This document shows positions 10,231 through 19,283 of a DNA stretch of 64,000 nt, piece after piece (position 1 is the stretch's first letter; every line of letters starts with the position of its first letter). The translations under genes and the position numbers were made by a program. Under the pieces are notes generated by a model. That model saw only the letters and a program-made list of their open reading frames with translations. It was not told the DNA's origin and searched no databases. This DNA comes from Myxococcaceae bacterium (GTDB taxonomy: Bacteria > Myxococcota > Myxococcia > Myxococcales > UBA5297). Location of the stretch: the NCBI GenBank assembly GCA_017500825.1, contig JAFVYB010000114.1, forward strand, positions 5,420 through 69,419, written 5' to 3'.

Positions 10231-10243
10231 GGGGGGGGGGGGG
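10231..10243. repeat. G13 (C13 on the coding strand) homopolymer, 27 nt upstream of the likely cpaA start
   Basis: Read directly: ...ggaaaaggga GGGGGGGGGGGGG cagaggg... It lies in the 155-nt gap between the AMIN gene stop (10359) and the cpaA start (10203). Confidence 0.9.
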
Positions 10244-10358
10244 CAGAGGGCGGCGCTACAGAGCAAACTACAGAAGCTCTGTCAATATCGACTTACGCCT
10301 CTGCCAGAGCGTGTTTTTGAGAGGGAAAATCGCCCGGTAATGGCGAAAGGCACGCTTC

Positions 10359-11294
10359 TCAGCGTTCCACGTCGATCTGAAGTTCACGCGCGCGCTGTCT
10401 CACCTGGTAGCCGGCGGCTCTGTCGAGGTGCAGCTCCAACCGAACGTCGCCGTCGCGCTCGCCTGGCACCACCCGCTGGAGCGCTGTCCCAAAATAGCTC
10501 GTCTCCAGAGGATGACGGTTGTTGGCGCTGCCAAGCCGCGTCTTGTGGAGGGTGATGGTCACGACGCCAGGCGAGGTCTCACCCGCCGTATAGATGGCCT
10601 CCTGGGTGAGTCGGACAGTGACGCGGGCTGCCTCGGGCAAAAGCTTGAAACCGATGCGCTCGACAGTGGCGCGGGTGGGCGTCGGGTCTGATGGTGGCGC
10701 ATCGAGCGAACGCGGGCGCGCGGTTGTCGATGGAACACGCCGGGCCAGGCCTGTCTCGCCGCGAACAGAGGTCGCCTCTATCCTGTTCGGCATCCCCTCC
10801 CCTGCCCCCTCTCCTGCTGTCGCGGTCTTCGCCGCACGTTGCCGCGCCAGAGGATCGACCGACAACAAAGCGCCGCGCGATGACGGCCGGATGGCGATGT
10901 CCGCTCCCCTCACCTCCAGATCGACCTCGTGCTCAGCTTCGAACGAGATGGAGGCACGGACGATGGAGGTCTTTCCCGCTCCATGCGCCGTCAGCGTCAC
11001 CTGGCGCACCGGTCCTCTCTCAAAGCGCGTCTGGCGTTCCGCTGCCCCGATGACCGCGCCTTCGAAGTCCAGCAAGAGCCGCGGCGGGTTTTGCAACTCA
11101 ATGGTCGAGAAGTTGGGCGGCGCGCTCCCCTGGATGGTGATCGCGAAGCGTTGCGGCGACTCCTGAACGACCTCGACGCGCTCGATGTGGTTGAGGCGTG
11201 GCGCGCTCCAGGCTGTGGCGGCGAAAAAGGCCCAGATGGCGAGCGACAGACGCCAAATCGCGAACAGATGGCCGCGCCTCCCCTTTGTCCTCAC
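10359..11294 (-). CDS. Secreted protein with two AMIN-like domains
   Basis: Signal-like N-terminus (LFAIWRLSLAIWAFFAATAWSA). Two segments match the AMIN pattern: IERVEVVQESPQRFAITIQGSAPPNFSTIELQNPPRLLLDFEGA and VERIGFKLLPEAARVTVRLTQEAIYTAGETSPGVVTITLHKTRLG. High GC3. Confidence 0.65.
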   Translation of the reverse strand: MRTKGRRGHLFAIWRLSLAIWAFFAATAWSAPRLNHIERVEVVQESPQRFAITIQGSAPPNFSTIELQNPPRLLLDFEGAVIGAAERQTRFERGPVRQVTLTAHGAGKTSIVRASISFEAEHEVDLEVRGADIAIRPSSRGALLSVDPLARQRAAKTATAGEGAGEGMPNRIEATSVRGETGLARRVPSTTARPRSLDAPPSDPTPTRATVERIGFKLLPEAARVTVRLTQEAIYTAGETSPGVVTITLHKTRLGSANNRHPLETSYFGTALQRVVPGERDGDVRLELHLDRAAGYQVRQRARELQIDVER

Positions 11295-11478
11295 CGCTGA
11301 CTCCTCACCACGCGACAGCGCGCATCGCTGTCCTGATCCTTAAAAAATAAAATTCGGCGCAGGCGATTCACATCCCGGCACAGCCGCGCGCCACCAACTC
11401 GCCCCACAAAGCGATCCGAAACTGTTCGGGCCCTGCCCCGTGAGCGCGGGCGCCTCTTGCCCAGTGACGGCGCGACTT

Positions 11479-12885
11479 TCAAGCCATCCCACGCGGCCCA
11501 TGGCTCTCAAGCACAGCGCCGACGAGATAGAGCGAACCGGCGGCGAGCGCCCAGCCATCCGGCCCATCGAAAAGCGCCTCCCGCCTTGCCGCTTCGAGGG
11601 CCGCGCCGACCGTCTCATGACAGGTGAAGTCGACGCCCAGCTGGCGCGCGAGAGCAGCCAAATCACCGAGGCGCATGGCACGCGGGTTGTCGAGCGCCAC
11701 GAGGTGAACCGACGCGGCCTCGGCCAGGATCACCCGCGCCACAGACGCGACATCCTTGTCGGCCAGCGCGCTGAAGACGATCCGCGGCCTTGGTCCACGC
11801 GCTCGCGCCCGGCACATCGCGGCCAGGACACGCGCGCCATCCGGGTTGTGCGCGCCATCGACAATCGTCAGTGGACGCCTGTCGACGATCTGAAAGCGCC
11901 CGGGCCACTTCACCCGCTCAAGCCCATCCGCCACATGCCGCGCCTCGATCCTGGAGGAGAGTGAGAGGGCGGCGGCGATCGCCACTTCGGCGTTGTCCAG
12001 CTGGTGTTCGCCCGCGAGCGCGAGCTTGAGCGGTCCAATGCGCGGCGGCGCGGTCCGAGGCCCCTCAGAGCGCTGATTTTCGTCGCGCCCCGCCAGAATG
12101 CGCTGCTCAAAAAAGACCGGCGTCTCCCCATCCGACGCCCGCGCCCCGCCCACATCGCCGCGCGGCAAATTTTCCACCTGTCCAGGCGCCGTCTCAAGGA
12201 GCCCCCCCCCCTCCGGCGCCAACGCGAAGTCGCGGCCGGCAAAACTGCACGCGCACCTCTGTTCAGACGCTGTCCGCGCGATGACCTCAAGCGCCTCGGG
12301 CATCTGCCGCGCGATAAAGGCCCGCGTTCCCGGTCGCAGGATGGCCGCCTTCTCCGCCGCGATGGCCGCCAGCGTCGGCCCCAGTGTCGCCGTGTGATCG
12401 AGTCCGACGCGCGTGATGATCGCGACTTCCGGAACGACCGCGCTCGTCGCGTCGAGCCGCCCGCCAAGTCCGACCTCCAGCACGGCGATCTCCACCCCCC
12501 CGCGCGCGAAATGATCGATGGCCAGCGCTGTCAGCGCCTCGAAATATGTCGGCGTCTCACCGCTCTTCCGCATGGCCTCGCCAAGACGCGCCACGCCCGC
12601 GCTCAGTCCCGCCCGATCGATGTCAGCCCCGTCGACACGGATGCGCTCGCAAAGGTGGACGAGATGGGGCGAGGTGTAGAGGCCGACCCGGTGCCCGGCC
12701 GCCGAGAGAATCGCCGCCGCCGTGGCCGCCGCCGACCCCTTGCCGTTGGTGCCCGCGACCTGAAGCACGCGCAGCGCCGAGTGCGGATTGTCCAGCGCGC
12801 GCAACAGATGCCGCATCCGCGTCAGGCCCAGCGCCATCCCAAAAGGGTTGAGCGATTCGAAAAACGTTTCCGGCGAATTGTGCAT
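11479..12885 (-). CDS. folC: Bifunctional folylpolyglutamate synthase / dihydrofolate synthase
   Basis: Mur-ligase P-loop (VAGTNGKGS), then ...YTSPHLVHLCERIRVDG... and GLDHTATLG. Length of 468 aa fits. Confidence 0.9.
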   Translation of the reverse strand: MHNSPETFFESLNPFGMALGLTRMRHLLRALDNPHSALRVLQVAGTNGKGSAAATAAAILSAAGHRVGLYTSPHLVHLCERIRVDGADIDRAGLSAGVARLGEAMRKSGETPTYFEALTALAIDHFARGGVEIAVLEVGLGGRLDATSAVVPEVAIITRVGLDHTATLGPTLAAIAAEKAAILRPGTRAFIARQMPEALEVIARTASEQRCACSFAGRDFALAPEGGGLLETAPGQVENLPRGDVGGARASDGETPVFFEQRILAGRDENQRSEGPRTAPPRIGPLKLALAGEHQLDNAEVAIAAALSLSSRIEARHVADGLERVKWPGRFQIVDRRPLTIVDGAHNPDGARVLAAMCRARARGPRPRIVFSALADKDVASVARVILAEAASVHLVALDNPRAMRLGDLAALARQLGVDFTCHETVGAALEAARREALFDGPDGWALAAGSLYLVGAVLESHGPRGMA

Positions 12886-13175
12886 GGAACTCTCTCGCGC
12901 TGTTCACCCATATCCGACGCTCAAGACGCGCCTCGGGCCGACGGCGAACGGCGCGGCGCTCTAGCAAAAGCCCAGCCCACGGGAACGAGCCAAAACGCCG
13001 TTTTTTCGTCCTCATTATTAAGGATGGACGCGCGGCCAACGCCCTCCAGACCCCGAGCGCGCCGCAGGCGATCTCCGCCCCCTGGCCGGGTGTTGCGCCT
13101 CAAGAGGCATTGTTGCTAGGGAGGCCGCCCTTTTGCGCCGCCCAAGGCGCCGAGCCACCTTTCAAGGAACGCGAC

Positions 13176-13922
13176 ATGGTCCAAAAAACCCTCTTTTGCC
13201 CCAGCTGTTCGGAAATCCTCGATCCAAATAAAAACGAATGCCCGCGCTGCGGTGAATTTATTCAATTCGATCCCGATGAAATCATGATGCAGCTGGCGCT
13301 CAAGGCGCGGAAGAAATCCCTCATTCCCTGGGGGCTTATCTTCTTTTTCGCGATTTATTTCGCCAGCGCGTATTGCTTCGTCAAATACTATTATCGAACA
13401 ACCCCCGAATACAAAGCGGCCGTTCATTATTACAAAGGCGACATGATTCTCGGCGAAGACGATGGTAAATCGATCGACACCCCCATGCTTTTCGCCGCCA
13501 TGGAGGAATTTGTCCGCGGATCGCAGGAAACGCCCCTGGAGGATTACGGCTATCTGCGCATCGAGACGATTCAACGCCGCCTCAACGAGCGCAAAATCAA
13601 ACTCACGAGCGAGCAGCAGCGCGAAATCGACCATCTGGCGAGAATGCGGGCCGTGGCCAGAGAGAAGCGCAAGCCCGTGCTCCTCGTCGGCATTCGCGAC
13701 ACCTGGGACATCGACGCGCTGGAGGCCATGCCGCGCAAAATTTTTAATTACAGCGTCTTTATCGCCATGGGCCTGATGGCGGTTTGGATATTCCGCTCGT
13801 GGCGCATGCGGCGGCATTACGATCAAATGGCCACGCGCATGATTGAAGAGCGCCGCGTCGAGGCCATGGACGACGTGGAATACGCCAAATACAAAAAAGA
13901 GCAGCGGCGCAAACGGCGCTGA
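13176..13922 (+). CDS. Hypothetical zinc-ribbon membrane protein
   Basis: ORF 13110..13922. Start set at ATG 13176, preceded by AAGGAAC. CPSC...CPRC zinc ribbon at the N-terminus, two hydrophobic helices, basic C-terminus. Noticeably lower GC than its neighbours. Confidence 0.6.
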   Translation: MVQKTLFCPSCSEILDPNKNECPRCGEFIQFDPDEIMMQLALKARKKSLIPWGLIFFFAIYFASAYCFVKYYYRTTPEYKAAVHYYKGDMILGEDDGKSIDTPMLFAAMEEFVRGSQETPLEDYGYLRIETIQRRLNERKIKLTSEQQREIDHLARMRAVAREKRKPVLLVGIRDTWDIDALEAMPRKIFNYSVFIAMGLMAVWIFRSWRMRRHYDQMATRMIEERRVEAMDDVEYAKYKKEQRRKRR

Positions 13923-14062
13923 GTTCAAAGGCGACAAGCCAACAGAAAAATCGCCTCATCAAACACGCGCCAAACAAAATAATTTAAAATTTAAATCGGC
14001 GGGTAAAGCGTCCAATCGATAACTTTAAGAAGTTCAATCATTTCAACCGGCAAAATCCATGG

Positions 14063-14098
14063 GAGCGCGACATCCTTTGAAGATGCGCGCTCTTTTTT
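14063..14098 (+). terminator. Rho-independent terminator-like hairpin
   Basis: gagcgcgacat / atgcgcgctc stem (14063-14092) followed by T6 (14093-14098). It lies about 140 nt after the 13922 stop, in a convergent gap. Confidence 0.5.
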
Positions 14099-14115
14099 GA
14101 TCGTGAACGCGCGTT

Positions 14116-14364
14116 TCACAGGGCGCCGCGCGCGAAAAACGCGACCAGAGACAGGGCGATAAGTGCGATGATCGCGATGCCGACAACGCCGAGGCCCCGC
14201 TTGCCCGCGCCCTTCGAGGGCCTGGTGCCGGCGAGATCCTGAAAGCCGCCGCGCAGCGACGAGATCAGGCCCACCGAGTCGCCCGCCGACAGGTCGTCGC
14301 CCGAGGCTGACTGAAAGCGCTGTTCCGGGCGCTGTTTTTTGACGCGTTTTTTGGACTTGGGCAT
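14116..14364 (-). CDS. Small basic tail-anchored membrane protein (82 aa), hypothetical
   Basis: MPKSKKRVKKQRPEQ...GLGVVGIAIIALIALSLVAFFARGAL. A strong GAGGAG Shine-Dalgarno sits 6-7 nt upstream of the ATG (complement 14362-14364). The gene lies directly downstream of rarA. Confidence 0.5.
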   Translation of the reverse strand: MPKSKKRVKKQRPEQRFQSASGDDLSAGDSVGLISSLRGGFQDLAGTRPSKGAGKRGLGVVGIAIIALIALSLVAFFARGAL

Positions 14365-14465
14365 GTCGATTCTCCTCAATGGGCGGGAAATTCTTTTTGG
14401 GGCGAAATTTCCCGGATGAATAAAAAACAACGTCAACCAAAGCCGCGCGATGAATTGATTGGGCG

Positions 14466-15866
<1,401 letters not shown>

Positions 15867-15920
15867 GGCTCGCTCGTGGATGCGCGTCTTTCGCGGGGCG
15901 AACGACGGCGGACAAAGGTG

Positions 15921-16772
15921 TCAGCGCGTCTGGGAGGTCTCCGTCTGCAGGTAGACGTGCGCGCTCTCGTCGGCGGTCGGCAACAGGCCCATGCCGAGAT
16001 AGGTGAAGAGGATGAGCAAAAGACCTGTCGGCGGAAAGAAGGCGGCGGCGCGCGAATGGCGCCAGGCGGCGCGGCGCGAGAGACAGAGGTAGGCCGCGTA
16101 GAAGAGCCAGGTGGCCAGCGCCCAGTTTTCCTTGGGATCCCAGGTCCAGTAGTCGCCCCAGGCGCTCTTGGCCCACACCGAGCCGATGACGAGGGCGAAG
16201 CTCATCAGGACAAAGCCGAGGCGCAGTGTCTGGTCGGCCAGTGTCCAGAGGTCGCGCGAGGAGGGCGGCGGTCGGTGGCCAGCGCGCGTGCGCCACAGGT
16301 GGAGGATGGCGATGAGCGCGCTCAGGGCGAGGAAGGCGTAGCCAAAGAAGTAGAGGACGACGTGGGGGATGAACCAGACGCTGCGCAGCGCGGGCGGCAG
16401 GAGCGAAGGCGTCGCGTCAAATCGGGTCAGGGCGAAGGCGAGCGCGCTCAGGGCGGCGGCAGACATGCCCGTCGTCAGCGCCCGTGAGCGATAGAGGGCG
16501 GCGAAGGCGATCCCGAGCAGGCCCAGGCAGGCGCCGAGGAGGGTCATCGACTCGAAGAGCGAGCGGAAGGGCGGCTGGCCAAAGGCGATCCAGCGCTGGC
16601 CGATGGCGCCGAGGTTGACGAGGACAGCGGCGGCGAAGGTGGCGAACGATGCGCGGTCGAGGGCGCGGCGGCCGGTGACGAACGCGAGGCCAGAGGCGAC
16701 GAGCGACGCGAGATAGAGCAGGGCGCCGATGCCAAAGGGCGTCTGAAAGAGGTGGTGGACAAAGGAGGGCAT
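15921..16772 (-). CDS. Cytochrome c assembly protein (CcsA/CcmC-type haem-handling membrane protein)
   Basis: Polytopic protein with the tryptophan-rich motif (WAKSAWGDYWTWDPKENWALATW). Start set at MPSFVHH (ATG complement at 16770-16772). The longer ORF reads through a C9 tract. Confidence 0.75.
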   Translation of the reverse strand: MPSFVHHLFQTPFGIGALLYLASLVASGLAFVTGRRALDRASFATFAAAVLVNLGAIGQRWIAFGQPPFRSLFESMTLLGACLGLLGIAFAALYRSRALTTGMSAAALSALAFALTRFDATPSLLPPALRSVWFIPHVVLYFFGYAFLALSALIAILHLWRTRAGHRPPPSSRDLWTLADQTLRLGFVLMSFALVIGSVWAKSAWGDYWTWDPKENWALATWLFYAAYLCLSRRAAWRHSRAAAFFPPTGLLLILFTYLGMGLLPTADESAHVYLQTETSQTR

Positions 16773-17100
16773 GGCGATTGCTGCGCGCGACGCGGCAAGG
16801 GGCGCCGTCGGGGGGGGGCCGTCAAAGGGGCGCGCCTTCAATGCGATTTCACCGCGAGCGTCAACCGCGCCACCGGGGCGTCAGGGGTGGGTTCGGAGCT
16901 GGTCTGTCCGACACGCGTTCACAGGCGCTCCTGGCGCTCGCCGGGCGATGGAGCCGCGCCACCGGACAAGGCCACGCCGGGCGTTGTGGGCTGCCTTGAC
17001 CGCCCTTGGCCCACGGTGTAGCGGCCCGCCCCCCTTTTGTTCAGGCCCCGGCCTCTCCAAGGAGCACGCCACGCACCCGCACTCGATCTCACGCTCGCGA

Positions 17101-18285
17101 ATGGCCTTTTCCCCGGGCAACCGCTTCAGCCGCCCGACCATGGCCCAGATCGACCTGGCCGCCCTGCGACACAACCTGGCCCGCTGCCAGTCGCTGGCCA
17201 ACGGCAACCGCCTGCTGGCCGTGGTCAAGGCCAACGCCTACGGACACGGCGCCGTTCCCATCGCCCAACAGCTCGCCCAATGCGGCGTGGATTTCTTCGG
17301 CGTCTCGCTCGTCGAGGAGGGCGTGGAGCTCAGGCAGGCCGGCATCACCTCGGACATCCTCGTGCTCGGCGGCGCCTGGTCGGATGACGACGAAATCGTG
17401 GCGAACGATCTCGTGCCGCTCGTCTTTTCCGCAGAGCAGCTCAGGCGCCTCGACGAAGCGGCCCGGCGCGTCGGCGGCATGGCGCGGGCCCACATCAAGC
17501 TCGACACGGGCATGGGGCGCATCGGCGTCACGCCAGGCGAACTCGACGATTTTGTGCGCTCTCTCGCCTTGACGAGACACGTGCGCATCGAGGGGCTGGC
17601 ATCGCACCTGGCCAACGCCGAGCGGCTCGATCACCCGCAAAACGCGGCCCAGATCCGCCACTTCCAGCGCGCGAGAGAGCGTCTCAGGGCGGCCGGCCAC
17701 GATCCAAAATGGCGCCACATCGCCAACAGCGGCGCCCTCCTCCTGAACGACGCGGCCAAAGATGGCAGCGACTTCAACCTCGTCCGCCCCGGCATCCTGC
17801 TCTACGGCGAGGCGCCCGATCCGGCGCTGAACGAGCGCGCCCGCCTCAAGCCCGTCCTCTCGTGGCGCACGTCGATCACCCACCTGAAGGAAGTCGGCGA
17901 GGGCCAGCCGGTCAGCTACGGCGGCAGATGGACCGCGCCCCGCCCCTCACGCATCGCCACCATCCCTGTCGGCTACGCGGACGGCTACAACCGCCGATTG
18001 GGCAACACCGCCGAAGTCCTGATCCGCGGCCAGCGCGCGCGCGTCGTGGGAACGGTCTGCATGGACATGTGCATGGTGGACGTGACGCACATCGATGGCG
18101 TGTGCCTGCGCGACGAGGTGGTGCTGATCGGCAGTCAGGCCGGCGAGCGCATCGACGCCCGCGAGCTCGCCGAACGCGTCGGCACCATCCCCTACGAGAT
18201 CCTCACCTCAGTCGGCGCGCGCGTGCCCCGCGTGGTCGTCGACTCGGAGGAGTCTCAAACGCCCCACATCGCCAGCGCGACCTGA
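17101..18285 (+). CDS. alr: Alanine racemase
   Basis: SRPTMAQIDLAALRHNL...AVVKANAYGHG (PLP lysine motif), and ...PVSYGGRW...ATIPVGYADGY. Start at ATG 17101, chosen because the conserved RPT precedes the inner Met. Confidence 0.9.
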   Translation: MAFSPGNRFSRPTMAQIDLAALRHNLARCQSLANGNRLLAVVKANAYGHGAVPIAQQLAQCGVDFFGVSLVEEGVELRQAGITSDILVLGGAWSDDDEIVANDLVPLVFSAEQLRRLDEAARRVGGMARAHIKLDTGMGRIGVTPGELDDFVRSLALTRHVRIEGLASHLANAERLDHPQNAAQIRHFQRARERLRAAGHDPKWRHIANSGALLLNDAAKDGSDFNLVRPGILLYGEAPDPALNERARLKPVLSWRTSITHLKEVGEGQPVSYGGRWTAPRPSRIATIPVGYADGYNRRLGNTAEVLIRGQRARVVGTVCMDMCMVDVTHIDGVCLRDEVVLIGSQAGERIDARELAERVGTIPYEILTSVGARVPRVVVDSEESQTPHIASAT

Positions 18286-18319
18286 CAAACCCAGGCGGCG
18301 TGGCGAACGAGAGCGACGC

Positions 18320-19189
18320 ATGGCCACGACACCTTCGCCAGAGAGCGACACGTCCAAGAGCGACACGAACGGAGCGGCCAGCCCCAGGCGGAAGGCATCT
18401 CCCGCCGCCGTCGCGCGCAGGCCCATCGAGGCCATCGGAAGCGCCGTCATCGGACTCGTCTGCGACCTGGGCGGGATGACCCTCATGCTGGGGCAGGTCC
18501 TCGCCGGGCTCTTCCGTCGACCGTGGCGCGTTGGCCTCATCCTCCAGCAGATGGACTTCATCGGCGTGGGCTCGGCCTTCCTCGTGATGCTGACCGGATT
18601 TTTCACCGGCATGGTCTTCGCGCAGCAGGTGGGGTCGGCCTTCGCCATGTTCAGCGCCGAAAGCCTCGTCGGCCCGACGGTGGTCATCGCCCTGACGCGC
18701 GAGCTGGCGCCCGTGTTCACCGCGCTGATGGTGACGATGCGCGCCGGTTCGGCCATCTCGACCGAGCTGGGCACGATGCGCGTCACCGAGCAAATCGACG
18801 CGCTCACAACGCTGGCCGTCGACCCGATCAAATACCTGGTCTTTCCGCGCGTGATCGCCGGCGTCCTCATGGCGCCCGCGCTGTGCATGCTCTTCAACGC
18901 CGCCGGCATCCTCGGCACCTACGTCGTCTCCGTGCTGATGCAGGGCATCTCCGAGGGCACGCTGCTGGCCAAGACGACCTACTACGTGACGATCGACGAC
19001 GCCGCGCAGGGGCTGATCAAGAGCGCCGTCTTCGGCCTGCTGATCTCGCTGATCGCCTGCTTCAAGGGCTTCAACGCCGACGGCGGCGCGCGCGGGGTGG
19101 GCCAGGCGACGACCGCGGCCATGGTCATGACAGCCGTGCTCATCTTCCTCTCCGACTACCTGATGGGACTCGTCCTGATCCCGACCTGA
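18320..19189 (+). CDS. mlaE: MlaE-family ABC transporter permease (lipid asymmetry / Mce-type)
   Basis: LVGPTVVIALTRELAPVFTALMVTMRAGSAISTELGTMRVTEQIDAL is the characteristic MlaE/YrbE core. No mlaF or mlaD gene is adjacent. Confidence 0.85.
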   Translation: MATTPSPESDTSKSDTNGAASPRRKASPAAVARRPIEAIGSAVIGLVCDLGGMTLMLGQVLAGLFRRPWRVGLILQQMDFIGVGSAFLVMLTGFFTGMVFAQQVGSAFAMFSAESLVGPTVVIALTRELAPVFTALMVTMRAGSAISTELGTMRVTEQIDALTTLAVDPIKYLVFPRVIAGVLMAPALCMLFNAAGILGTYVVSVLMQGISEGTLLAKTTYYVTIDDAAQGLIKSAVFGLLISLIACFKGFNADGGARGVGQATTAAMVMTAVLIFLSDYLMGLVLIPT

Positions 19190-19283
19190 ACGCCCAACGC
19201 GACCTGGACGCGCCAACACGCGACGCCTTCGCCCCACTGCCGCGCCCCCGCTTTCCCCTCCCCCCTTTTTCCCCTCGCGACCG

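Noticed and set aside
12202-12211. C10 homopolymer as a possible frameshift or phase-variation site in folC
   Set aside because: The folC reading frame is intact across it, encoding ...EGGGLLE.... An essential housekeeping gene is an unlikely contingency locus. I kept it only as evidence that long G:C runs are common in this genome.
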